Made by a program: the position numbers and the translations under genes. Of a DNA stretch of 64,000 bases, positions 25,862 to 38,800 are shown piece after piece. Source of the stretch: Curvularia clavata (lineage: Eukaryota); the NCBI GenBank assembly GCA_023920165.1, contig CP089278.1, positions 1,736,001 to 1,800,000 on the forward strand, written 5' to 3'. The notes under the pieces were generated by a model. That model worked only from the letters and a program-made list of their open reading frames with translations, was not told where the DNA came from and did no database searches. Position 1 is the first letter of the stretch. The number at the start of each line of letters is the position of its first letter.

Positions 25862-28800
25862 ATGGGTTCCGTGTTGCAGGAGACGCATTTCAAAAAGATC
25901 CAGCAGTTCAGTGCAAACTATGCTGACGCCACTTTCACTCAATATGAGTCTCAGCGCACGGGGCTGCGCGTAGTTGTGGTCGATCGAAAGGGCCCAAAGG
26001 TATACGGAAACTTTGCGGTAGCTACAGAAATTCACGATGATTCTGGTGCACGTGAGTACACTTGGTCAAATTTTGATACATGTTCCTAACAACAGGCAGC
26101 ACATACTTTGGAGCACCTCTGCTTCATGGGCTCACGAAAATACCCTTTCAAGGGCGTCCTGGATAAAATTGCTACCCGTTCATACTCCGACACCAATGCG
26201 TGGACGGATGTATCAGAAACAGTATACACTCTTTCCACTGCGGGTTGGGAAGGTTTCGCACAACTGTTGCCGATTTACCTTGACCATCTTATTGTTCCCA
26301 CTCTGACCGATGCTGGTTGCTACACCGAGGTTCATCACGTTGACGGAAAGGGCGAAGACGCAGGGTAAGCTGCCTAGGGAATTTAGATATAATTGCTAAC
26401 AGTTCCAAAGGGTCGTCTACTCTGAGATGCAAGGGCGACAGAACTTACAGGGTGACCTGATGGATCTTCAGATGCGTCGGCTCCTGTATCCTGAAGGTGA
26501 TGGGTTCCGTATGGAGACGGGTGGCTTGATGGAAAACCTGAGGGTTTCAACTGCAGAGCGGATTCGCCAGTTCCATCGAGACATGTACCAACCTAAGAAC
26601 CTGCGGGTCATCATCATTGGAGAGGTTGACCATCCGAATCTTTTGGAAGTTTTGGATAAATTCGAGGACGACATTGTCGATCATGTACCGGCTTACGATG
26701 CTCCATTCAAACGTCCATGGGTGGAGTCGCCGCGCACCCCTCCGCTAGGCAAAACTATAGTCGACACGGTAGAATTTCCCGAAGAAGATGAGTCAACAGG
26801 AGAAATCCAGATTGCCTTCCTGGGACCAGAAACTACCGATGACCTTGGGGAGACGGCCATCAACACCCTTCTCAACTACCTTGCCGGCTCATCTGTATCG
26901 GTCCTCGTCAACACACTTGTGGAAAAGGAGCATCTAGCTAGCATGGTCTACTTCTGGTGCAAAGGTCACTATGATATGATCATCTGGTGGACACTTTCGT
27001 CGGTGGAGACAGACAAGCTCGCCGAGGTTGAGAAACGATTTTTTGAAGTTCTCAAAGACCATGCCTCTAAACCACTCGATATGAGCTACCTCAAAGACTG
27101 TCTACACCGCTTCAAACGGCAGACGCGGTACATGTCGGAGATTGGTCTAGACGAATACAAAGACCCAATCATAAAGGATCACGTGTTCGGCGATCGACAA
27201 GGCGTTCATCTCAAGGATGCAATGGCCACTCTCGATGTCTTTGATACTCTCGAGAAATGGACAGAGGAGGAGTGGAGAGGCTACTTAAACAAGTGGATGG
27301 TGGATGCCCACCATGTCTCCATCCTCGGTAAACCCTCCAAGGCCCTTTCAGAAAAGATCAAAGCCGACGAAGTCGCTCGTGTCAAGGCACAGCAGGAAAA
27401 ACTAGGTGAAGAAGGGTTGAAGGCTCTAACAAAAAAGCTGAAAGAGGCCCAGGAAGAAAACGACAAGCCTATCCCGAGAGAGATCATTGCTGGTGTAAAG
27501 GTCCCAAGCACCGAGTCCATTCACTTTTTTCAAACTACCACAGCACGATCAGGATTAGCAAAGAAGCTCGGCGTTCAAGAAAACTCCATCCAGAAGATCG
27601 TTGACAAGGATGAGAGTGGCCTCCCTCTATTCATTCACTTTGAACACATACCAACTTCTTTTGTACACTTTGGATTGGCATTGGGTACTGCCTGTCTACC
27701 TACCGAACTGAAGCCTCTACTTGGCGTCTACCTTACAAACTTCTTCGCCACTCCCATCATGAAAGACGGCAAACGTATTGAATTTGAGGAAGTCATCACC
27801 AAGCTCGAACAGGATACTATTGAATATTCAATGGACCGCGGTACAGACATTGGAAGCTCCGAGATGATTTACATTCCTTTTGTTGCCGAGGCCGACAAAT
27901 TTGAAACAGTCGTCCTGTGGCTAAGATCGATGTTGGTAGATTCGATCTTCGATACTGAACGTATCATCTCCGCTGTGAAGAAGATGCTGGCCGATGTTCC
28001 TGAAGAAAAGCGTGACGGCAACGCTATGAGTTTTGCGGTCGACCGCATGATTCACTACGACGCCGCATCGGCTGTTCGCGCGACTGGCACACTCGTCAAG
28101 GGGCTATATCTCAAGCGTATTCTAAAGCTTCTCAAGACCGAGCCACAACAGGTCCTCGACAAGCTCGAAGCTCTACGCAAGCACCTATTGACATTCTCCA
28201 ATATGCGCATACTTGTAACCGCAAACCTCGAAACATTACCAAACCCAGTATCAACATTCAAGCATCTCACAGATGCATTCCAACCAGGATCACAGCCAAC
28301 CATCAACCCAATCGATGACAGGAACGCCTTACTCTCAGACGTTGGACGCAACCCAGGTGGCACCCATTATATCATCCCCATGCCTATCGACTCGTCATTC
28401 GCAGTGTTGACATCCAAGGGACCCAAGGGCTACACAAACGCCCAACTTCCTCCTTTGATGGTCGCACTCGCATACCTCGACGCCGTTGAGGGCCCCATGT
28501 GGCAGTCCATCCGCGGCACCGGTCTCGCCTACGGCAGCAACTTCTTCCGCGATCCCGAAACAGGCCTGCTCAAGTTCCGCATCTCAAAGTCTCCAAACGT
28601 ATTCGCTGCGTACAACAAGGCTAAGACGGTTGTCAAGGAATACGGTAACGGCACGCAGAAGTTTGATAAGCTGGAGCTAGAAGGCGCCATCTCGAGCATT
28701 GTGCGTGAATTTGTTGATGAACGAGCCACGATTGTCGATGCGGCGAGGAGCTCGTTCATTGATCTGGTAACGCGGGGTGTCGGAAAAGACTGGCAGGACT

Positions 28801-29182
28801 GGGCTCTGCGCGAAGTGCGCAAGGTGACTGAGGAGGATGTCCAAAAGATTCTCCAAGAGGTGGTGGCCAATGTGTTTGAGCCTGAAAAGACGGATTTGGT
28901 AGTCACATGTGGCGGCATCATGACTGATGTGAGTAGTGACTTTTCTTTCTTCGCATTGAATACTATGAGCCAGGGCATACTAATTTGGATTTCTCGTAAC
29001 AGGGCCTCAAAAAGGACTTTGAGAACGCGGGTTTCAAGATCCAGCTCAAGCAGCTTGCCGACTTCCAGGACGCGTATGGCCTGGAGGGTGATGAGGACGA
29101 CAAGGATGATGAGGATGAGGATGAGGAGATGTCTGGGAGTGACGAAGACAGTAGCGAGAGCGGTTCGGAAATGGAAGAGTAA
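25862..29182 (+). CDS. M16-family (insulinase/pitrilysin-like) zinc metallopeptidase
   Basis: Inverted zinc motif HXXEH 'PHTLEHLCFMGSRKYP' after intron 26052-26099, plus 'TNAWT' and 'GVVYSEMQG'. Further introns near 26365-26410 and 28929-29002. Acidic tail ends at TAA 29180-29182. Confidence 0.9.
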
Positions 29183-29874
29183 CGCTTCGCATGTGCTAAA
29201 TTCAGGCAGCATCATTCTTCACCACTTACGATGCTCGCACAAACATCACCAAAGACATAGAATGAGCCAACACATAGAAATAGGATCCTTGTTATTCACA
29301 GCCAGAATGCATCATGCGTCTTTTTGATTGGTAATTGTACATTTTGCGACGAGGGTCTGGCACCCGTTGCGAGAACAGCCCGAAAGAAGAATGGAGATCA
29401 AAGGGAAAGGAATAACACAACCCATACATGTCAAAGCTCGACCAACCATGCAAAAAGCTGGGATCTTTCGAAATTTTCGAGAGAGCAAAAAAGGAAAAGA
29501 AAAATCATCTTCTCGTAAGTACCATACAAGTAGGGTTTTGAGAAACAAAAAAAAAAAAAAAAGAGACGCCGGAAATGCTCCATTTGGATTTGGATAGTAG
29601 AGTGTCCACCTTCCCCCGTACGCCAGCCCTAGATCCCTCGTCGCGAGTCGAAGAAGTAGTAGAAGTAAGAAGCTCTGATTTTAGGTTGGATATAGACGGC
29701 AAACAAGAAACCGGTGGGGAATCACATAAGAGAGAAAAACAAGGAAAAAGCGACAAAGCTTGCAAAGGGGCTACACTGCCGGTTTGAGCGCGAGCGATTC
29801 TTTCGCCAAAGAACGCCTACGTGACCCAAAACAGGACTGCCGTCCATATGGGAGCAAGGCACGAGGCGGTGTTT

Positions 29875-32800
29875 CTATGCATCTTCAGGCAGGATGCGAG
29901 CAAAATGCTTTTCCCATATCCATCCCACCGTTTTGGTGGCATCGTCTTGATTACGAGCGAGCCAAAGCTCACCTTTCATGCCAATGACGTCGAAGATCTC
30001 ACCAGGTACATAAACAAGGTAAGGTATTCCGCCTTCACGGCGGTCGTGAGCGATATTAAATTCGAACAGACTGGCGGCCAGAAAGAGCACTTCGGGTTCT
30101 TCCGTCTCGGCGGGAGTGGTGGGTAGCTCTTCAACGCTGCCCCGAGCCGGTGAATCAGACATTGGTAGGGCAGAGTTGAAGACGCCCGATGCGCGCGAGG
30201 ACCCAGGGAGGGATGTTGGCTGTGAAGTGGGTGCTGAGACGGTGTGCGTGAGGGGTTGCGCAGGTGATAGAAAAGACGGTCCGAGCTGAGGGGGAAAGTC
30301 GAATGCATGAGATACTGACGGCGAATGTTCGATGTCGACGGCACCATCGAGGCCCATATAGTTCTGGTTGCTGCGAGAAGAGCCAGTGTTGCGGCGTTCA
30401 CCATGTATGATGGTAGTGTCGCTATTGTCAGAAGTAGGGCTGAGCGCTCGTGCCTCGCGTAGCGATGTAGGTCCAGGACCTGCCCGTCCTGGTGCATTGG
30501 GCGGATGCAGTGAGGGGTACACGGGCCCTGAGGGAGAAGAGCGGGGTGGGTTGTCGATGCTTCGTGGATGTGACCGTGGAGCATAACCGCTGCTATTGCG
30601 ATTTCGGGAGTCGATGATGGACGTTTCGCTGCTCATAGATTCGGTACGACGGGAAGAAGAGTTACGGGAAGAGGCACCACCATCAGAAGAGAATGTGGGA
30701 ACAGGTGAGGTCATGTTGGAAATGTCAATCAGAAGGTTGCGGTTGACAATGCCGAGTTTGTTGGCCAGCTCTTGCATCGGCTTATAGTCGGAGTGGAAGC
30801 GCTCAACATACGATTCCAGATCATAACGAAGTGATGTCGTATGCTGTGGTTCGCTTTCGAGCAGTGGAAGGATCTTCTTCGAGCAAGTCTTGTACCAGTC
30901 CTTTTGCAAACACATGAATAGTGTCATGAGTGTGCGCATAAGACCCTTTGTTCTCTCGTAAAGCAGTGGCAGCTCATGCTTGAGAGTGTCGTTGATCGTA
31001 GAGAATTTCTTGGCTGACTCTTCCAAGTCAGGATCTACTTTCTCACCGCGATCAATTGCCTGCTTGTGCTTGACATAGTATAATAGGTACTTCTTGCGTT
31101 GCTCGATCGTTTTTTGATACGACACCCACATTTCCCAGAGATCTCCAACAGGTTTCAGTACGCGACTCCGAACAGCGGCTTTCTGTTCTACAGTTAGCAC
31201 GGTCTGTAAAAACCAAAGTTTTTTTTGTTTCGTATATTCTTTTATTTTTCCACTTCTTCTTCTTCTTCTTCTTTACTTACATGCTCTTCCAACGCTTTGT
31301 TCTGCAACTCAAAATGAGCCATTGCCCACTTTCGCCACGTGCTCTCAATCTCAGGATACACCGATGGGGCCACTTCGCAAACGGTGATGAAGCCCAGGAA
31401 GACAATGTTGAGTTGTAGATAGTGCTCAGTGATGGCTTCAAGATATTGCTCAAAGTCGCGAATAACAATCTGAAGCTGGAAGAAATGACCACCAAATTTC
31501 TGCTCCTTGGACTTGTAGTCCTGGTCTTTGAAGGTCTTGTCTGCTTCATCATATGCTTTGCTTTTATCGACCTTGGGAATAAACGCCTTGACAAATGTTT
31601 TGCCTAGTCCGCTCTTCTTCTCTTTTTTGCCCTCGGAAGCGGCAGCGCGGAAGGTATCAGAACGGGCCTTGGCCTGGTTTATGCGTTGGCTCATTGCCTT
31701 GAGCTCTTCAAAGGCTTCCTTGATCTTTGGTAGATCCGGGTGGTCAGGGTCAGTAATCTCTTGTAAAGACTGGAGAATCAACGGATACTTGAGCAAACGT
31801 TGGCACGGCTTCAGGAGAAGAGAATCCAGATCCCATGCTTGGGTCATGTTCTCCACCTGCTCAAAACAAGCAGCCACCCAACCAGACAGAATCTCGTTTC
31901 CTTGGTTCCTTTTGATGTAAGCACTCGCATTGTCCTGATTCAAGAAATAGGTTGTGTAGAGTCTCTCCATCTTTTCCTTGTTGTCAAGGAACACCTGGCC
32001 AATGGTTGTCAAGCGGTCGTTTTCTGGCGTACAGTTCTCGAATTGATTCGTAGAGTCCTCGGACGGTCTTTGAGTATTTGTGGATGATTCCTGGCCGTCG
32101 CCCGATTTGCTATCAGTCGAGTCGCGGTTCCAGGGGCCGGTTGGAGGCGGTATCTCGTAGTTGACGATGGGCTTTGCAGCTTTCTTGAAGGCCCGGAACA
32201 GCGACAAGGAGAACTTTTCGAGTTCTTTACAGTTGCTAAACAGCAGTCTCTTTTCCTTTTCGCTCATCAGGTTCTGCGCTGTAGCTTCGAAGATGTTGTG
32301 TGCGATCATCATATCGATGCAGAATTGATGCTCGGTTGTCAGCAACTCTTCCAATGTACGATACCGCTTGATCAGCGCCTGCTTCACTGGATCAGGCTGG
32401 CCGTCTTCACCTTTTTCACCTTCGCTTGGTGTCGGAAGAGACGTGTCAATGGGCTGTGGGGTACCATAACGATCTTCTAGGCTCTTCTCATGGATATGGA
32501 TGACGGGCGTGCGCGACCGCGAGGGATGCATCTCGAATTGCTCATCGCTGAGCGCGGTTCGAGAGAGCTGTTGGTGGTGCGGGAGAGAGTTGTACTGAGC
32601 ATTGTGCGAAGCTACTTGGCCATCAATAGACGGTTGAACAGGGGGAGGTGGAGGTGAATAGTTGGGTCGAGGTGGTGTGTTTTGTACAGGCGAATGCGGC
32701 ATAGAATGTTGTAGGTCCAATCCAAGCCCACCATCGGTCCATGCAAGCTGTGGTAGCTCAAGGCCGTTGATGGGAGCCGATGGCCGCTCGTTGGAGGAAC

Positions 32801-35111
32801 TTGGAGACAAGGCGCTTCGAGAACGATTTCCTGAAGAACTGCCAGAGCGAGATGCATCCTCCTGAATGGTCGTAGTTGTAGACGCGCCAGAGTAACGCCG
32901 CGACGACGTAGGATATATAATGGCAGTGCCACCCGTGGCAGCATCTGACAATTGCTGAGGAGGTTGTGGGGGATCTCTTGACGGCCGCGGTGGTGAAGTT
33001 GGATTGTTGAGCTCATGACTGGGCATGTCGCGCGCCGACCCGTTTGCGTCACTGAGCAATCGAGCCAGATAGGTCTCGGTCGCCTCCTTTGAACCCCAGT
33101 CCTTGTGCTGTGCAATTACAGGGGAGACTTGGTGCACTCTTTCTCGAGACACGGATGCTAGTTCTGGTGTTATGACTGGCGACTGGTGGTACATGTTCAG
33201 CACTGAGTTTACAACGCTGTAGGTCTCGGTGTTTGGGGTCAAAGACACGCGTTTCCGATGAGGGGCTACGCTGACCGAGTCATCTGGATACAAGGTGTCT
33301 CGCTTCGGGTAGGATGAGTCGTTGGCATCATATCCTCGATCCGACTTGTAGTCATAGGATAAGGCCTTCAGACCTTGGTTGAAGGTGTCGCTGTCGGGCC
33401 CCCAGGGTTTTGGAGACTGCTCATCGCTGAGCATGATTGGTATCGATTCCCTGACACCTAGCTCTGATTGCTCAATGTCAGGTGTCTGAGCAGGGAGGGG
33501 CTGATCAGAGGCATGGAAGACATTGGGCTGCAAAAGCTGGTGGTCTTGACTCTGGTGCGTCGTCGGTGGGGTAAGAACAAAACTTCCGGGCAATCCTAGT
33601 ATAGGTGATTCATCAAAATCCGTGAGTGCGGATTGCGGTTGGCCAGACTGAGGTACAGTGAGGCTGGAGGTCTGGAGGCTCAGGTGCTGTTGGTCTGGCG
33701 GGGATACTCCTTGGTCCTGTGATGGACGCTTTGCTTGGGCATGGGCCTCGAAGGACTGTTCAAGTTCAGCAACGCCAGGAAGGCCTTCTGATTGTTCCGG
33801 CTGTAGTTGAAAGCTGCTTGCAAGTGGAAAGTAGCCGTGGTCATCCTGCCGATCCGTGCTTCTGGAGCGGGAGGCAGGTGAAGGCTGCAAGGGTTGCCGC
33901 TCTCGTGAGTTGCGCAAACGGGGCGATGTGGGTGGAGGTGGGGCGGTGACTACAGCAGCTACGCTTGGCCCAGGTCTCACACCCAGCGGGGATTTTCCTC
34001 TTTCACGATAACCACGGTAGGCCAGAGCGGGGAGCGTTGACTGGTCTGCGCCACGTGAGGTTGAAGTAGCACTGGCCAGGACCCTGTCCATTCTTGTGGG
34101 CGAGGTCCTATTGCTGTGGCTCATTGCGCGTGTGGGCGTGTATTTTACGGAGCGGGTCGAGGAATTGGAGTCTGATCCAATGCTCCGCCGCCGTGTGGCT
34201 ATGGGGATTCTTGAACGGGGGGTGTGGCGTGGAGGAGATTGCGAGTTTGTGTGATGATGGGGTTGGGCGCGGTGTGTGTCGTGGAGCAATACTCCTGTTG
34301 GTCCACTGGCTGAGCGTCCATGGCGTGAGGTGTGGATGGATGTAGAAGGTAACGGAGCTTCTCCCAGGGTGCTCTCGACGGGTGGTATTCCGAATCCAGG
34401 CGATGAGGCATCCTGGCCAGTCAGGATTTCGCCAAACAGCTGCCTTTGGCCCGAGGTTGAGGGCCGCCTTTGCGAAGGCGTTTTTGTTTTTGCAGACGAG
34501 CCATGGGCATCTGTGGTGGCTTTTGTTCCGTTTGTGCGGCGAGGGTTTCGAGGGGTGGCGGGAGCGGGCTGGGGCCTGTCTCTGGGCTTTAGGTTTGTGA
34601 ACTTGTGGGGACCGTATGAGGCCTCTTTGCTTGGGCGTGCAGCCGAGGCAGTGGACGAGACAGAGGCATTGGCACGTCTGTGGACATCGTACGAGGCGGC
34701 GCGGGTAGGATCGCGGGACCTGGAGCGGAGGGCAGACGAGGCGGTGGGCGAGGTGGCACCGGGGGAGCGTTCGAAGCGCTCGGCGAGGGCCTTTACTTTG
34801 TTGGAGGGATTGGGGGGAGAGCGGGCGGCCGAGACGGACGAGGGCGAGGCGGTGGCCGAGGCAGAGGCAGAGGTCGAGGTGTTTTTTGCAGCGCCGTTGG
34901 TCATGGGGTGCCGGGGGCGGGCGGCGGGCATGTCTGAGCTGTGTTGGGGTGAGGCAGGAGGAGGGAGCTCGGTCGTGGTGTAGGCGGAGTAGTACTTGTC
35001 GGGCGAAGCGGCCAGAGCATCGTCGGGGGGCTGCAGGTCGGTGGATTGCAGCCAGTTGGAGACGGAAAGGCCGGGGTCGTATGCATATCCATGCGCCTGA
35101 TCAGACTCCAT
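29875..35111 (-). CDS. Rho guanine-nucleotide exchange factor (DH + BAR + SH3-like; Tuba/Gef1-type)
   Basis: DH motifs 'LEELLTTEHQFCIDM' and 'AWDLDSLLLKPCQRLLKYPLIL'; BAR-like helical region; C-terminal 'LFLAASLFEFNI..YLVYVPGEIFDVIGMKGELWLA..VGWIWEKHF'. One intron 31280-31183. Confidence 0.9.
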
Positions 35112-35195
35112 ATCCCATTGCTGGCGGGCGCGAGAGCGCAGAGGCAGGGCAGGGCCGACGTCGTGGGAGGCGGTGCCGTGGTCGGGACGAAGCAG

Positions 35196-35284
35196 GGCAG
35201 CACAGGCAGCACAGGCAACACAGGCAACACGGGCGGCGCGGGCGGCGCAGGCAGCGAGGGCGAGGGCGAGGGCGAGGGCAAGGG
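35196..35284. repeat. Compound minisatellite: (GGCARCACA)n then (GAGGGC)n
   Basis: ggcagcacaggcagcacaggcaacacaggcaacac followed by gagggcgagggcgagggcgagggcaaggg, just upstream of the RhoGEF ATG. Confidence 0.85.
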
Positions 35285-35722
35285 AGAGAGGGCCAATGGC
35301 GGGGGACGGGCGGCAGCGGTGGTGGTGGCCCGGGGCAGCCAGGCGGAGGCTCGCAGGCAGTGAAGGTGAGGGTTGGGGAGGGTTGGGCGTGGTATGATGA
35401 GGGTGCTAGCGACTCTGGCTGCACCGTCGCCCCGTCGCCTACCGTGCTAGAGCATCTATGTACTACTACTATGCAGCACGCACTCGGCTCGCAGGGGGCC
35501 ACTCGTCGCCGTGGTGCATGCCGCTTCCGCAGCCAGTAGCTTGCAGTGCCACTGCAGCGGCAGCAGATGGACCTACATGGACACACAATAATACATGCTA
35601 GACTACATGACATAGGCCAGGGGCACTTGTCACCTGCCATGCACCCGCCCTCGTTGGCTGCGACGGGCGTGAAACCGCGACGGCGAGCCCATGCCATGCT
35701 ATGCTATGGCGCCCACTGCGGC

Positions 35723-35764
35723 TTGCTGCTCGCTGCTTGCTGCTCGCTGCTTGCTGCTCGCTGC
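35723..35764. repeat. Tandem 14-mer (TTGCTGCTCGCTGC) x3
   Basis: Visible directly about 120-160 bp upstream of the TERT ATG. Confidence 0.85.
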
Positions 35765-35882
35765 CCCCCTGGCCCCTGGCGCGTGCCGTCGCGTCTCTAG
35801 CGTCCCCGTAGCTTCACGCCCCCACCATCCCCCCAGCCCAGCCACTGGCCCATCAACACGACTCGACTCGACCGTCAACACC

Positions 35883-38800
35883 ATGAAGAGGAAGCGCGGC
35901 CGCGCCAGTCCCAGTGCTGTTGCCAGCACCACTGTCAGCACCAGTGCCAACGCCGGCGTGGGGGCCTCCGAGCAACAACGCCTTGCCCTCGGCCAATCCA
36001 CCAATGCCACGCCTTGCCCATATCATGACCCTCTGCCTCACCCTCATCCAGTCCTGCAGCGCCTCTACCCCCAGCTGTCGACGCTACGTCACTATTTGCT
36101 GTCGACATTGCCAGGGTCCTCCAAGAACAGGCACAAGAGGATAGCCCACCTCGGTCGCGCCCCTCCAGTTCCGCAACACGACACAAGCCCCCTGCACCAT
36201 GTTGATATCGCCCTCGCCCGCATGCTCGACTCGGCCTTGGTTGGCACCTCACCACACGCCCTCGCCGCCCACCACCGTGACCAAGACCTGCAATCCTTCA
36301 CCCAGCAGCCCTCACAAAACACCCCAGCCCACACCTTTGGCCCGGGCTACCAGCGCCAGTCCGAGGTACATTGCCCCCGCACCACCCTGCTTGTCTTGCC
36401 ACTAAGTACATGCAGATTGTCGACTACGTGATATGGCGCCTGTTCAACCGCTCTTCTGCTTACAGGCCCACCCATCTGCTCTGCCATGGCTTTCAGCGCA
36501 CTGGACCACTCCGCCCTGCACGCCAAGACAGCTCCCATCCAACCTCGTCCATCCCTGACCTGCAACAGTGTCATGCCAATAGCCATGTGCAAACGTTGAA
36601 AGATCCACTGTGGCGCCGATTACACGCACTGTTAGGCCAAGGCGGCGACCGCATCATGCTCGACTTGTTGCTAGACTGTGCCATCTTTCTTCCCATCAAA
36701 GCTAACACAGGAAACTATTACCAGCTCTCAGGCCTGCCCGTGTCTGACGTGCAAACCCACGGCGTCGCCGCAAATATCCCAAGCAATGTCAGCGCAAAGT
36801 CGGAGACGGCGGCAAAGTCCTCGTACCTCAACTGTGAAAATAGACCGCCCGGATCCATTACCTTCGTCCGTAGTCGCATCTTGTATGCAAAGCCCGCCCT
36901 CAATGCAAAGGGCGGCGTCAGGTTCGGTCTGCGCCATATACGTGCGTTCGCTGTCTAGACCCACCATCCCTGTGCTCCTCCTGACATGACTTGTAGATGT
37001 CTTGAACCGATTTTCTAACCAAGCCGACAAGCAGCAGACTGTCCACATCATGCGCTACATCTTCCCTCGTCAATTTGGCTTGCATAATGTCTTCACCTCC
37101 AAGGTGGATCCCCGAGAAAGTGCCATGGCTTTCAAAGACTACACACTGCGTGACAAAGATATTCACACCACCATGTGCCGCCAATTAGGCCCAAAGGCAA
37201 CCAACGCCCAAGAAATAGCAAAGTGGAAGCTGCGAGTGCCCAAACGGCTTCGGGGCAGCCTTGTGACCCAGATTGAAAAGCTGCGAAGGTTGAACCATCA
37301 ATGTTCCTATACCGAGCTGCTTCGACACTATTGCCCGGTCGAGGTACTGTTCAATCTGTTGTTGGGCCACGAGTTTCGCTGATTTTGACAGCATGTACCA
37401 CTACACAAAAGTCATGGATCAAAGAATAGCACGCACCAGCCCAAAGCGAACGGTGCAGTAGCTCCAGAACCAGTCAATGATCATGGCCATCCTCACATAC
37501 CCGATTCTTGCCCAATCCAGCAAACATGCTTCTTAGACCTGGCCTGTCCCACAGCACATGTTTCGGCCTTTTGCCGTGTCGTCATATCAAACACCATACC
37601 CAAGGCTTTCTGGGGTGATGATCATAATCAACGCATTGTCATGTACTGGGTAGACCAGTTTGTAGCACTGCGGAGATTTGAGTCGCTGACCTTGCATCAA
37701 GTTACACAGAAAATACATGTACAATCTTTCCCTCTGACCCGGCCGGACTGGAGCTAAGTCAATGCAGATTACCACCATTTCTTGGCTGTGTCCACCAGGC
37801 CAAGATAATGCCGGGAAACTCTCAAAGTCCGATGTAGACAAACGATTTGAGATATTCCTAGAGTTCGTCTACTGGCTTTTCGACTCCTTTCTGATCCCGT
37901 TGATTCGTGCCAATTTCCATGTCACCGAATCCAGCGCTCACCGCAACCGCCTCTTCTACTTCCGCCACGACGTTTGGCGGATGCTCGCAGAACCCGCCCT
38001 GACGACGTTGCGTCTAAACATGTTTGAAGAGCTGCCAAAGAATAGCACAGCAAAGTTGCTGTCCGCCCGTCGGCTTGGTTTCAGCGATATTCGCTTGCTC
38101 CCCAAGAAGCAGGGCTTCCGAACCATCATGAACCTCAGACGGAGACAGCAGGTATGGCGCAATGGGGCCATGTCACTTGGGCGAAGCATCAACACAGTCA
38201 TGACTTCAGCTTTCAATGCCATTACCTACGAAAAGGTCAGTACACCAAACCTTGTCGACTTGATGGTCTCTAACTACACATTGCAGTCACTGCAACCTGA
38301 CAAGTTTGGCTCTTCACTGTTCTCGGTGGGAGACATGCTTCCCAAGCTGGCAGCCTTCCGGACCTCTCTAAAACAACGGGGCCTTGGTAACATGCGACTT
38401 TATTTTGCCAAGGTCGACGTGCAGGCTTGCTTCGACACTATACCTCAACGACGCTTGTTGCGCATGATCGACAGTCTTATGCCGGCGCAAGCATACTGTG
38501 CTAGCAAGCACGTGGAAATGTCACCTCTGCCTTCTCTGGAGCGTCTTAGTGGACATTACGTTAACCCAATGCCTCGCAAGAGATATGTGGCACATAGTCA
38601 TGCAGCAACCGATACACGGCCTTTCCATCAGCTTGTCAAGGACAGATTCGCAGACACCAAAGCCAATACCATCTTTGCAAATCTGAATATGCAACGCCAT
38701 GAGGCGAAAGACGACTTGATGCAGCTCCTGCAAGAGCATATAGAGCACAACACAGTTCGTATTGGAAAGCGATTCTATCGCCAAAAGACGGGAATCCCTC

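Noticed and set aside
28929..29327. C-terminus of the 966-aa ORF as given in the track
   Set aside because: It reads through a GTGAGT..CTAAT..CAG intron; the spliced product ends in an acidic tail at 29182.
34276..35697. Long overlapping ORFs (34276-34983 +, 34886-35539 +, 35101-35697 -)
   Set aside because: Antisense shadows of GC-rich coding sequence or translations of minisatellites; no recognisable domains.
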